NCBI GenBank assembly: GCA_934119965.1
Contig: CAKOTA010000003.1
Location: 24,488 to 88,487 of the forward strand
Direction of reading: 5' to 3'
DNA: 64,000 nucleotides
Origin: an uncultured Bacilli bacterium
GTDB taxonomy: Bacteria; Bacillota_I; Bacilli_A; RF39; UBA660
Shown here: positions 20,733 through 32,802 of the stretch, in pieces
Layout: each line of letters begins with the position of its first letter
Position numbering within the stretch: position 1 is the stretch's first letter
Made by a program: the position numbers and the translations under genes
Notes under the pieces: model-generated
The model's input: the letters and a program-made list of their open reading frames with translations, nothing else
Databases searched by the model: none
Told to the model about the DNA's origin: nothing

Positions 20733-21362
20733 CTATATAACTTCATCTTTTTTTATGACATATGTTTTATTTTTAGTGTAGAAGGCATAAAAGATATCTT
20801 CTATTTTTATATTATTTTCTTTTACTAAATCATCCAGCCATTTTTCATTTTTTCCTATTTCTTCTAACACTCCATAATCTACCCTACCATCTAAAATCAA
20901 AGGTAATGGATAATCTTTTGTATTCTTAAATATTGACAAGTTACCACTATTTTCCAATATAGCATAATCAACTTCTTCAATATTTTTAACACCTTTTTCT
21001 CTTAATTGTGAAAGTAAATCATCTAGACTATATCTTAGTTTTGTCATTGTACTAAAATTAACAACACCATCTTTAATAATTACACTTGGTTTTCCGTCAA
21101 TAAAGTTTCTAATACTTTCACTTTTTAATGAAATAAAACTTATGCTAACTTGAATTATAACTAAAATAGTAATTGGAACTATTGAAACCATTATTGAAGT
21201 TTCTTTTTTCTCAATACAAATAGCCGCTAATTCTGCTATTAAAATAGTAACAATTAAATCTATTATACTTAATTCTCCTACTTCTTTTTTTCCCATAATT
21301 CGATATGCTAAAACAATAAAAAAATAAAGAATCGCTGTTTTTAAAGCCAATGCTATATACAT
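20733..21362 (-). CDS. DUF421 (YetF-like) membrane protein
   Basis: MGKKEVGELSIIDLIVTILIAELAA and a C-terminal soluble domain. The start was set at ATG 21362 after AGGTGA. Confidence 0.6.
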   Translation of the reverse strand: MYIALALKTAILYFFIVLAYRIMGKKEVGELSIIDLIVTILIAELAAICIEKKETSIMVSIVPITILVIIQVSISFISLKSESIRNFIDGKPSVIIKDGVVNFSTMTKLRYSLDDLLSQLREKGVKNIEEVDYAILENSGNLSIFKNTKDYPLPLILDGRVDYGVLEEIGKNEKWLDDLVKENNIKIEDIFYAFYTKNKTYVIKKDEVI

Positions 21363-21434
21363 AAATATCACCTGTTATCATTATGTTAAAAGAATAATTA
21401 TTTATACATTTCATATTATTTATTAGGTGATTTT

Positions 21435-21797
21435 ATGAAATATTTAAAAAATATTGGTATTATTTTTCTAATTATGTTGGGTATTATTTTTATATCTAGT
21501 TTAATTTTAACAACTTTAAATTATTTTGATATTTTTAGTAAAGGGACATTATCAATCTTTAAAATTTTAATTATCATAATTACTTATTTTATTGGTGGAT
21601 TATTGATAGGTAAAAAAAGTTCAAAAAAAGGATGGTTAGAAGGACTAAAGTTTGGTCTAATAATTTCTTCTATTTTAATACTTTTTGATTTATTAGGATT
21701 ACAACAAAAATTTGATTTGAAATTAATTTTCTATTACATAATCTTAATTACTTCTACCATTTTAGGAAGTATGATAGGTATAAACAAAAAGAACTAG
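21435..21797 (+). CDS. Small integral membrane protein (4 TM)
   Basis: A 120-aa hydrophobic ORF with AGGTGA upstream. Confidence 0.5.
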   Translation: MKYLKNIGIIFLIMLGIIFISSLILTTLNYFDIFSKGTLSIFKILIIIITYFIGGLLIGKKSSKKGWLEGLKFGLIISSILILFDLLGLQQKFDLKLIFYYIILITSTILGSMIGINKKN

Positions 21798-21798
21798 A

Positions 21799-21999
21799 TT
21801 ATCTAGTTCTTTCTTTTGAATATTTTTTTAGTGGTATTTGAATTTGAACACTTTTTTCATCAATAGGAATTATCATAGGTTCGCCAATTTCCCATCCAGA
21901 ATATTCACTATGTACCTTTTTTACAGCTCTAATTACATGTTCAACATCTTCTTTTAACACTGTTTTTTTAAATACTTCTTGATATTCTAAATCTTTCAT
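21799..21999 (-). CDS. Hypothetical small protein
   Basis: A 66-aa ORF with GGAGG upstream, directly downstream of tgt. Confidence 0.4.
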   Translation of the reverse strand: MKDLEYQEVFKKTVLKEDVEHVIRAVKKVHSEYSGWEIGEPMIIPIDEKSVQIQIPLKKYSKERTR

Positions 22000-22016
22000 T
22001 TAAACCTCCATAATAA

Positions 22017-23761
<1,745 letters not shown>

Positions 23762-23873
23762 AGTACCTCCAATTAATTTCAATTAACTTTCCTTTAAGAT
23801 TATACATTATTATTTTATAATTTGCAATTATTATATATTTTGTTATAATATTTAGCATTAGAGGTGATTTATA

Positions 23874-24476
23874 ATGCAAATAGATGTAAAAAAAGTGTTT
23901 CTATACAATGATGATAGTTTTGAAGCAAATGGTATTGATGATAAAAAATACGAACTAATAAAATATCATTCATATAAAGAAAGAGAAATTTGGAGAATAA
24001 ATAGTATTAATTTACATACAATAGCTACCGTTGAAAATTCAATAGCTACTTTATATAAGAAAACTTTAGAATTACTTATCGCTTATGATAATCTTAAAGG
24101 TAAAAAAATTACTCCTGATTTTGGAACTGCAGTAAATCTAAGCCGTCGTAATACTTTTACCTTTGAAACACCATTACAAAAACAAATTTTTATAAACAAT
24201 TTTATATTTTTACATAATGATAACTTAATCAAATTCTTATCAGTTTGTAATATTAAAACTGATAATATTGAAGAACTAATATCACTAATCAAATTAAAAC
24301 AAAAAAGAGCAAAATTAGATAATAATTATATATTAGAAATAAATAACGATTTATTCAATATTGAAGAATTGTGCAAAATATATAAATGTAAATACCCAAC
24401 TTTGATTATTAATAAATTATTAGAATTATATTATAAAAATCCTGAACTATTTAATAATTTAGAAAAAAAGAGATAA
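23874..24476 (+). CDS. Hypothetical protein
   Basis: A 200-aa ORF with AGAGGTGA upstream, convergent with ileS. Confidence 0.45.
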   Translation: MQIDVKKVFLYNDDSFEANGIDDKKYELIKYHSYKEREIWRINSINLHTIATVENSIATLYKKTLELLIAYDNLKGKKITPDFGTAVNLSRRNTFTFETPLQKQIFINNFIFLHNDNLIKFLSVCNIKTDNIEELISLIKLKQKRAKLDNNYILEINNDLFNIEELCKIYKCKYPTLIINKLLELYYKNPELFNNLEKKR

Positions 24477-24479
24477 ATT

Positions 24480-27400
24480 TTATCTCTTTTCTGTTTCTAT
24501 AAATACTTCATGACCATTTAAATCATATGAATTATTAATACCTTCTTTTACTGATATATTGATTGCTAAAGTTTCTTTCTTAATAAATTCATCAAATTTA
24601 TTAACAGCTTCATCCACTTCTTCATCACCTTTATAATATAAATTAATTCTATCAATTATATTATAATCATTTTCTTTTCTGATATTTTGAACTTTAGAAA
24701 TCATTTCTCTTGCTATACCTTCTAAAATTAAGTCTTTTGTTAAATTTGTATCTAGAATAATAAAATTATCATTTAGTGTAGCAACATTAAATCCTTCTTT
24801 AGAGGATACTCTAATATCAACTAATTCACTATTTATATCATAACTATTATTATTAACATCTAATTTAATAGTTTCACCATTTTGTAATTTAGTAATTTCA
24901 TCCATACTTAGCTCATTTAATTTACTACTATATTCTTTTATATTAGGTCCAAATATAGGTCCAGCTACTTTAAAGTTTGGTTTAACCATGAATTCCATAT
25001 AATTGCTTACATCTTTAATAAATGTAACCTTTTTAACATTTAATTCTTCTTCAATTAAAGTTAGTAAGTCACTTATTAATTCTTCGTTTTTAGCATCTAT
25101 TAGTACTTCACTAATTGGTTGTCTAACTTTTATCTTTGTTTCTTCTCTAACATTTCTACCTAAAGAAATTAAATCTCTTATTAAGTCCATTCTGGATTCA
25201 ATTAATTCATTTATTTTTGAATCATCACATTTTGGATAATCAGCTAAATGAACTGATTTATCTGTTAATTTGTTATAAATTTCTTCTGATATAAATGGAG
25301 CCATAGGAGCCATTAGTTTACATACTCCCATTAATATTTCATATGTTGTTTGATATACAGCTTTTTTACTAGTATCTAACTCGCTAGACCAGAATCTTCT
25401 TCTGTTTCTTCTGATATACCAATTTGATAAGTCTTCACTAACAAAATTACTTATTAATTTAACAGATTTATTCAAATCATATTCTTCCATACTGTTAGTT
25501 ACATTTTTAACTAATTTATTATATTTTGAAATCAACCATTTATCTATTTCTTCTAAATCATTATATTCAACTTTAAATGTTCTTGGATCTACTTCATCGG
25601 TATTAGCATACATACTAAAGAAAGTATAAGTATTTTTTAAAGTATTGAAAAATTTAGAAATTACTTCTTTTATTCCATCTTCATCAAATTTAAGTGGTGT
25701 CCATACTGGTGAAGCTGATAACATATACCAACGAGTAGCATCAGCACCATAATTTTCAATTGTAGCAAATGGTGATACTGAATTACCTTTTGATTTATGC
25801 ATTTTACCACCAAATTTATCTAATACTAAATCATTTACTAAAACATTTTTATATGGAGCACATCCTTTTAGGAAAGTTGATATTACAATTAGTGAATAAA
25901 ACCATCCTCTTGTTTGATCAATACCTTCACAAATGAAATCAGCTGGAAATTGTGATTCAAATAATTCTTTATTTTCAAATGGATAATGATATTGAGCAAA
26001 TGGCATTGAACCAGAATCAAACCAACAATCCATTACATCTGTTACCCTAGTCATTGGTTTACCACATTCACTACATTTAATATGAATATCATCTACATAT
26101 GGTCGATGTAATTCTATTTCTTCTGTTATATCTTCAATTGCTAATTCAGCTAATTCTTTTCTTGAGCCAACCATATGATTATGTCCACAAGAACATCTCC
26201 ATAATGGAATTGGTGTTCCCCAATATCTATTTCTTGAAATAGCCCAATCATTCATATTTTCAAGCCAATTTCCAAATCTTTTTTCTCCAACATAATCTGG
26301 ATACCAATTTACTTTTTTATTAGCTTCAATTATTTTATCTTTAAAATCTGTTACTTTTATATATAAACTTGGTTTTGAATAGTATAGAAGTGGTGTTCCA
26401 CATCTCCAACAATGTGGATAATTATGTTCCATTTTTTGTTTTTTAAATAGTTTGTCATTTGAAGCTAAATATTTAATTATTTCTATTTCTAAATCAGTAT
26501 CTAATACAAATCTTCCTTCCCAAGGTCCACTTGTATATTTTCCTTGTTCATCTACTGGATTTAAGACTGGTAAATCATATTTTAAACCTACTTCATAGTC
26601 ATCTTGACCAAAGGCTGGAGCAATATGAACAATACCTGTACCATCTTCCATAGTTACATAGTCGGCACATGTTATATAAAATGCTTTCTTATTTACTTTT
26701 AAGATTGGAAGTAATTGTTCATATTCTTTATATTCTAAGTCTTTTCCTTTGTATGTTTCTACTATTTCGTATTCGTCACCCAATACTTTGTTTGCTAACT
26801 TTTTAGCTACTATAAAATTATAACCTTTTGAATTACATTTTACATATTCTTCATTTGGATTTACACAAGCTGCAACATTTGCTAACAACGTCCAAGGTGT
26901 TGTTGTCCATACTAAAAGGTAAGCATCTTCATCTTTTAATTTAAAAGGAACTGTTACTGTATTTACGGATATTTCTTTATATCCTTGTGCTACTTCGTGT
27001 GATGCTAATCCTGTTCCACATCTAGGACAATATGGTAATATTTTAAGTCCATCATAAATTAATCCTTTATTAAAGAATTCTTTTAATATCCACCATTCTG
27101 TTTCAATATAATTATTATCATATGTTATATAAGGATGTTCCAAGTCAATAAATTGTCCCATTTTTTCTGTAAAATCTTTGAAGGCTGCTTCATTTTTCCA
27201 AACAGATTCACGACATTTTTGATTGAATTCTTTTATTCCATATTTTTCAATGTCTGTTTTTCCCTCAAATCCAAGTTCTTTTTCTACTTGTACTTCTACT
27301 GGTAATCCATGAGTATCCCAACCAATTTTTCTAAGTACTCTATATCCTTGCATTGTTTTGTATTTACATACTGTATCTTTTAAAAGTTTTGCTAACATAT

Positions 27401-27575
27401 GATGGATTCCAGGCATTCCATTTGCTGTTGCTGGACCATCGTAAAATACAAAGTTTTCACTTTCTTTTCTATTTTCTATTGATTTATTAAATGTATCATT
27501 TTTTTTAAATTGTTCTAATACTTTTAATTCATTTTCACTAACTTTACCTTTTTCTAATTCTTCAAATTTTTTCAT
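24480..27575 (-). CDS. ileS: Isoleucine--tRNA ligase (long, type 2-like)
   Basis: 1031 aa with a HIGH-type motif (MPGIHHMLAK), a KMSKS-type motif (KMHKSKGN) and a CP1 editing region. Confidence 0.95.
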   Translation of the reverse strand: MKKFEELEKGKVSENELKVLEQFKKNDTFNKSIENRKESENFVFYDGPATANGMPGIHHMLAKLLKDTVCKYKTMQGYRVLRKIGWDTHGLPVEVQVEKELGFEGKTDIEKYGIKEFNQKCRESVWKNEAAFKDFTEKMGQFIDLEHPYITYDNNYIETEWWILKEFFNKGLIYDGLKILPYCPRCGTGLASHEVAQGYKEISVNTVTVPFKLKDEDAYLLVWTTTPWTLLANVAACVNPNEEYVKCNSKGYNFIVAKKLANKVLGDEYEIVETYKGKDLEYKEYEQLLPILKVNKKAFYITCADYVTMEDGTGIVHIAPAFGQDDYEVGLKYDLPVLNPVDEQGKYTSGPWEGRFVLDTDLEIEIIKYLASNDKLFKKQKMEHNYPHCWRCGTPLLYYSKPSLYIKVTDFKDKIIEANKKVNWYPDYVGEKRFGNWLENMNDWAISRNRYWGTPIPLWRCSCGHNHMVGSRKELAELAIEDITEEIELHRPYVDDIHIKCSECGKPMTRVTDVMDCWFDSGSMPFAQYHYPFENKELFESQFPADFICEGIDQTRGWFYSLIVISTFLKGCAPYKNVLVNDLVLDKFGGKMHKSKGNSVSPFATIENYGADATRWYMLSASPVWTPLKFDEDGIKEVISKFFNTLKNTYTFFSMYANTDEVDPRTFKVEYNDLEEIDKWLISKYNKLVKNVTNSMEEYDLNKSVKLISNFVSEDLSNWYIRRNRRRFWSSELDTSKKAVYQTTYEILMGVCKLMAPMAPFISEEIYNKLTDKSVHLADYPKCDDSKINELIESRMDLIRDLISLGRNVREETKIKVRQPISEVLIDAKNEELISDLLTLIEEELNVKKVTFIKDVSNYMEFMVKPNFKVAGPIFGPNIKEYSSKLNELSMDEITKLQNGETIKLDVNNNSYDINSELVDIRVSSKEGFNVATLNDNFIILDTNLTKDLILEGIAREMISKVQNIRKENDYNIIDRINLYYKGDEEVDEAVNKFDEFIKKETLAINISVKEGINNSYDLNGHEVFIETEKR

Positions 27576-27595
27576 TCTTTCACCTCTTTAAAATT

Positions 27596-27802
27596 AAAAA
27601 AATCACATCCTAATTATAAGGACGTGATTTACGTGGTACCACCTTAATTTATACTCAAAACTATAACGCGTTACCGTTTTTATCTTATCCATAAAACACA
27701 ACTTGAAAGTGATCTAGATTTAAGTTTATTTATTCCTTTTCACCAAACAGGAACTCTCTTTTCAAATAATTAAATAAATCTCGTCTTTCGCACTTGTTTA
27801 TC
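27596..27802 (-). promoter_or_regulatory. T-box leader upstream of ileS (candidate AUC specifier) with terminator
   Basis: On the minus strand I read AGAGAG, GGTGAAAAG, a candidate AG-ATC-A specifier (27711-27713), AATTAAGGTGGTACCACG, and a terminator with a T-run. A TTGAAC-17-TATAAT promoter lies at 27809-27837. Confidence 0.8.
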
Positions 27803-27846
27803 AAATTAATTATATAATATTTTTATATTTTGTTCAAGTTTTTTTA

Positions 27847-28971
27847 TTATTTTTTACTATTAATGATTTTAATTTTTACTTTTTCTATTATTTCATTATA
27901 TTCATCATTATCTAAATTATATTTATTTTTTATATTTTCTTCGTAATTTGCTACTCTATTTTCTAATAAATAACTCATATAATCAATAATTTCTCTTTCA
28001 GTAATATCTAAATTCACATCTTGTAATACTTTAGAATTATATTCTTCATAATTAATATCAGAATTATATTTTTTATTATCTATTAGTTGCAATGTGTTTT
28101 TATTAATAAATTTATGTAGTGATTTAATACAATAAGAATATATTGATAAGAATAAAATATTCTTATCCTCACATTCATAAAAGAAATCTCCACATTTATC
28201 TATTATAATATCAAGAACACATCCCTTTAAATCGTTAATTAAATGAATACAATTGTATTTTTTAGCAAAATTAATTGAAACAATATGACACATTTTTAAG
28301 ATAAATTCTTTATTGTTTTCTAATTGCTCTTTTGTACATTGATAACTATTTCCTATCCATAATTGTTTATCATTGTTTAGATTTTTTATTATCTCTTCTT
28401 TTAATAATTTATTTTTAATTTTAAAAATATCCAAAAATTTAGAAATATCAATATTTAATTTATGACATATTTCTTCTATTTCTTTTTTTCTATAAAATCT
28501 ATTAATTGTATATTTTAATTTAAAATACTTTTTAATTTCATCATCATTATGATAGCTATTTTTAAACATTACTAAATTTTCAACATTTTTATATTTTTCG
28601 TATAATAAATAATACATATCAAACTCAACGATTTTATTTATACTAATATTTTCTTGTTTTAATAGTTTTATTATTTTTTTAATTTTGTCTGATTTACCAA
28701 CCGCTAATATACTTAAACAATTCTTTACATCTATATTTTATTGCTTTAATGTTTCAATTATTTTTTCTATTTCATCTGATTTACCTTGACCTAATACCGT
28801 TAAACATTTTCTTATATCTATATTTTCTTGTTTTAATATCTCTATTATCTTTTCTATCTCGTCTATTTTTCTTCCGAAAATTCTTTTAATATTCTTGGAT
28901 AATATATAATTGATTAATTCTTTTTCATATTCATTTTTTTCCAATATATTAATGAAATCCGCTTTTGTCAT
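27847..28971 (-). pseudogene. Helical-repeat protein gene interrupted by one in-frame TAA (28738-28740)
   Basis: ORFs 28738..28971 and 27847..28617 are in the same frame. The 40 codons between them are open and continue the ~30-aa repeat (...SDEIEKIIETLKQ*NIDVKNCLSILAVGKSDKIKKIIKLLKQENI...). Confidence 0.6.
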
Positions 28972-29038
28972 AATATCACACTCATTAGTCCTTTATTATA
29001 AATATTTCTCTATAATATGTCAATTAAAAAAAATAGAA

Positions 29039-29497
29039 TTATAATTCTATTTTATCCAATTCATCTACCATTTCAGATTGAGCATCAACTATTTCTTTAA
29101 TTCTTTTTTTAAATATAGTAGTATTTCTTCTTAATAAATTTGCTTCATTTTCAGCTTTTTCTGCTCTAAGTAATGCTTCATTAACAATTCTGTTAGCATT
29201 TCTTTTAGCATCTTCTAAAATAGTTTCAGCTTCATTATGAGCATTAACTTTAATTTGCTCACTTGTTTTTTCAGCCATTATTATTGCTTTATTAAGTGTC
29301 CCTTCCATACGTTCATATTGAAGAAGTTTTTCTTTTAAAGCCTTATTTTCAATTTCAAAAGATTGTAATTCTTTAATTTTGTTGTCCTTTTCATTCATTT
29401 CGTTAACCATCGTTTCAACTTGATTAATTACTTTATCCAAAAAGTTATTAACTTCCTCTGGATCGTATCCTCTCATTGTACGGCTAAATTTTTCCAT
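29039..29497 (-). CDS. divIVA: DivIVA-family cell-division protein
   Basis: It has F.RTMRGYDPEEVNNFLDKV followed by a coiled coil. The start was set at ATG 29497 after GAGGTG. Confidence 0.85.
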   Translation of the reverse strand: MEKFSRTMRGYDPEEVNNFLDKVINQVETMVNEMNEKDNKIKELQSFEIENKALKEKLLQYERMEGTLNKAIIMAEKTSEQIKVNAHNEAETILEDAKRNANRIVNEALLRAEKAENEANLLRRNTTIFKKRIKEIVDAQSEMVDELDKIEL

Positions 29498-29534
29498 ACC
29501 ATTCACCTCATAAAGCTATTTAATAGCGTATTTT

Positions 29535-29945
29535 TTACCATTCAATATTAATATCATCATTATCATGAATGTCTTTTCCTTGAGTTTCCTCAGTTATTTT
29601 CCCCTGAATGTTTATGTTATTTGGTGTACATAAGAATATTCCACCACCGATTTTTTGTAAATCACCGCTTATAGCATAGATAGTTCCTGCTAAAAAATCT
29701 ATTATTCTTTTTGCTTGATCACTTGTTACTCTTTTTAAATTAACAACAACTGTATTTCTCATTTTTAAATGATCGGCAATTTGTTGTGCTTCAGAATAAG
29801 CGCGTGGTTCTAATAGTATCATTTTAGTGCTGCCATCATTTTCTTTTAATGCCTCTTCTGGTTTTAAATCATAGTATTCGTCACCTGATATGTTATCAGT
29901 TAATATATCTTCATCATTTGATAAAATTTTCTTTAATATTCCCAC
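29535..29945 (-). CDS. sepF: Cell division protein SepF
   Basis: 136 aa with ...[41 protein letters not shown]. Confidence 0.85.
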   Translation of the reverse strand: MGILKKILSNDEDILTDNISGDEYYDLKPEEALKENDGSTKMILLEPRAYSEAQQIADHLKMRNTVVVNLKRVTSDQAKRIIDFLAGTIYAISGDLQKIGGGIFLCTPNNINIQGKITEETQGKDIHDNDDINIEW

Positions 29946-30040
29946 TTTTTCTTCCTCCTAGCGATACTCTAACTCTATAAATAATTTTACCACATATATT
30001 TATAAAAGCAAATGATTTTTAGAAAAAAAAAGCAGAATTT

Positions 30041-31411
30041 TTAAAATTCTGTTTTCTTTGTTATATAGTCAACTACATCATCTAATGATATAGTGATTTG
30101 TTTCATTGTATCTCTATTTCTAACTGTTACTGTATTATTATTTAAAGTTTCATCATCGATAGTTATAGCATATGGTGTTCCCATAATATCTTGTCTTCTA
30201 TATCTTTTACCAATATTACCTGATTCATCATATGAAACCATAAAATGTTTACTCAAATTTTTATAAACATTCATAGCTTTATCAGCATGATATTTTTTAA
30301 TTAGTGGTAATACCGCTACTTTATAAGGGGCTAAAAATGGATGAAATTTCATTACTTCTCTTTCTTCACCAGTTTCTAATTCTTCAACCTCATAAGCATT
30401 TGACAATACTGTTAATACTGTTCTTTCCACTCCTAAGCTAGGTTCAATTACATAAGGAATATATTTTTCATTTGTTTCTGGGTCCAAATATTCCATTGAA
30501 ACTCCTGAAAACTTTTGATGTTGTTTTAAATCATAATCAGTTCTACTTGCTATTCCCCAAAGTTCCCCCCAACCAAACGGAAATTTATATTCAATATCTG
30601 TTGTTGCATTACTATAGAAACATAGTTCTTCTTTTGAATGATCTCTTAGTCTTAAATTTTCTTCTTTAATTCCTAAAGATAATAAGAAATTTTTACAATA
30701 ATCTTTATAATATTTAAACCACTCTAATTCCGTACCTGGTTTGCAGAAAAATTCTAGTTCCATTTGTTCAAACTCTCTTACTCTAAAAATAAAGTTACCT
30801 GGAGTTATTTCATTTCTAAAACTTTTACCTGCTTGACCAATTCCAAAAGGTACTTTTAAACGCATACTTCTTTGAACATTCAAGAAATCAGCAAATATAC
30901 CTTGGGCTGTTTCTGGTCTTAAATAAATTGTACTTTTTGAATCTTCAGTAACACCTTGGAATGTTTTAAACATTAAATTGAATTTTCTAATATCTGTATA
31001 ATCTAATTTACCACAATTTGGACATACAATATTATGTTCATAAATATATTTCATTAATTCTTCATCATTCATTGAACCTGCTTCAACGCCAGTATCCTCT
31101 ACTAACTTATCAGCTCTATGTCTTGTTTTACAATTTTTACAATCAATTAAAGGATCTGAAAAAGTACTTATATGACCACTTGCTTCCCATGTTTTAGGAT
31201 TCATTAATATCGCACTATCTAGTCCTACATTATTTGGATCTTCTTGAATAAATTTCTTTAACCAAGCTTTTTTAATATTACTTTTTAGTTCCGCACCAAG
31301 TGGACCATAATCCCAAGTATTTGCTAAACCACCATATATTTCACTTCCTTGAAATATAAAACCATATTGTTTACATATATTTACTAATTTATCCATTGTT
31401 AATTTTTCCAT
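30041..31411 (-). CDS. glyQS: Glycine--tRNA ligase (alpha2 type)
   Basis: 456 aa with class II motifs ([25 protein letters not shown]) and an anticodon-binding C-terminus. Confidence 0.95.
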   Translation of the reverse strand: MEKLTMDKLVNICKQYGFIFQGSEIYGGLANTWDYGPLGAELKSNIKKAWLKKFIQEDPNNVGLDSAILMNPKTWEASGHISTFSDPLIDCKNCKTRHRADKLVEDTGVEAGSMNDEELMKYIYEHNIVCPNCGKLDYTDIRKFNLMFKTFQGVTEDSKSTIYLRPETAQGIFADFLNVQRSMRLKVPFGIGQAGKSFRNEITPGNFIFRVREFEQMELEFFCKPGTELEWFKYYKDYCKNFLLSLGIKEENLRLRDHSKEELCFYSNATTDIEYKFPFGWGELWGIASRTDYDLKQHQKFSGVSMEYLDPETNEKYIPYVIEPSLGVERTVLTVLSNAYEVEELETGEEREVMKFHPFLAPYKVAVLPLIKKYHADKAMNVYKNLSKHFMVSYDESGNIGKRYRRQDIMGTPYAITIDDETLNNNTVTVRNRDTMKQITISLDDVVDYITKKTEF

Positions 31412-31977
31412 TATTTCACTCTCCCTTTTTTTAAATTATCATACTCAATTTTATAATATTCATTTTTAAATTCATTTGGATTTTTAATTACCTTAAACAT
31501 ATCAAATATATCTTCTGAAGCAAATCCTTCATTTACTAATTCTTTCAATGATTCAATAATTTTACCATAAAAATTATTTTCATCATAAATTATTATTGGT
31601 TTATCACTATCATTCGACCTTTTTTCTTCTATATAGGTCAATAATTCTGATACTGTTCCAACGCCACCAGGTAAACAAACAATAAAATCACTATTGAAAA
31701 ACATATCTTTTTTCAAATCAAAGGTTGTTTCTCTTATATAATGTTTACTTTTACCTAAGTTTTTTAAATCATCTGCATATTTTTTAGTTGTAAACGAATA
31801 AACATTTCTATTATTTTTAACAAACTCTTCATAACAAATTCCCATCATTGAAGAGGATGCCGCACCAAATACTAAATCACATCCAGAATCCGCCAAAAAT
31901 TTAGATACATCTCTAGCAACACATTTATAATAAGAATCAATATCTTCTCTAGATGAAGATATAATCAATACATTCAT
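31411..31977 (-). CDS. LOG-family (TIGR00730) nucleotide phosphoribohydrolase-like protein
   Basis: 188 aa with the [10 protein letters not shown] motif. Its stop overlaps the glyQS start. Confidence 0.7.
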   Translation of the reverse strand: MNVLIISSSREDIDSYYKCVARDVSKFLADSGCDLVFGAASSSMMGICYEEFVKNNRNVYSFTTKKYADDLKNLGKSKHYIRETTFDLKKDMFFNSDFIVCLPGGVGTVSELLTYIEEKRSNDSDKPIIIYDENNFYGKIIESLKELVNEGFASEDIFDMFKVIKNPNEFKNEYYKIEYDNLKKGRVK

Positions 31978-31995
31978 ATATACCTCCTAAATTCC

Positions 31996-32110
31996 AAAAA
32001 ACTTCTAGAAAATGTAAGGACGATTTTAATCGCGGTTCCACCTTACTTATTCTAGAAGAATCAGCTTTATTCTATATTGCTCAGGGTTTCCAATCCGTCA
32101 ACACATTTAT
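31996..32110 (-). promoter_or_regulatory. T-box-like attenuator (antiterminator/terminator half) upstream of LOG-glyQS
   Basis: On the minus strand, AAGGTGGAACCGCG is embedded in a long terminator helix (CTTCTAGAA...TTCTAGAAG plus a T-run). I could not find a canonical Stem I or specifier in the ~115 nt before the sigma-gene stop. Confidence 0.5.
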
Positions 32111-32127
32111 ACTTATATAGTAATACT

Positions 32128-32751
32128 TTATTTATGTTTAGTCAATGTTTTTGATTTATATTTTATCAATAACTTAGCTCTTATATTTTTTATCATTCTA
32201 GATAAATATGATTGGCTTATTCCCAATAATAAAGCAATCTCTTTTTGAGTTTTATAGTTGCCACCAATGCCATAGTACAACTGAATAATCATTAGTTCCT
32301 TTTCAGTTAAAAAAGATAACAAATGACTTATTTCTTCTTTAGTTTCGTTACTCAAATAATCTTCTAAAATATCATATTCACTATCATACAAAGTTTCTTC
32401 AATTGTTAATCCATTACCAACCTCATCTGTTGCTATATTTTCATATATACTACAAATATTGTCATGTCTTTTTATTTTTCTCAAATACATCAAAATTTGA
32501 TTTCGAATACAAGTACTTGCATATGTAGAAAATTTAACAGGTTTTTTATTATCAAATGAATCTACTGCTTTAATTAAACCAATTTGCCCCTCAACAACAT
32601 AATTGTCATCATATTGCAAATTCAACTTATTTATAATAATATATGGAACTAACTTCATATAATTTAAAATTATCTTTTATCTATATTCTAGTTTTCCTTG
32701 TTTTAATAGTTCAAAATATTCTTTAATTTCGTCATCACTTTTATATTGCAT
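32128..32751 (-). pseudogene. SigE/SigK-like sporulation-type sigma-70 factor interrupted by one in-frame TAA (32677-32679)
   Basis: Downstream of the stop I read region 2 (FSTYASTCIRNQILMYLRK) and region 4 (QKEIALLLGISQSYLSRMIKNIRAKL). Upstream, the same frame encodes MQYKSDDEIKEYFELLKQGKLEYR, then the stop, then KIILNYMKLV. Confidence 0.6.
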
Positions 32752-32802
32752 ATTTTTCTCTCTTTCTATAAAACATACAACATAAAACACACAACTTACT
32801 AC

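Noticed and set aside
21211-21414. Minus-strand 67-aa ORF overlapping the start of the DUF421 gene.
   Set aside because: It is an alternative frame over the DUF421 N-terminus and promoter region, with no SD and an implausible composition.
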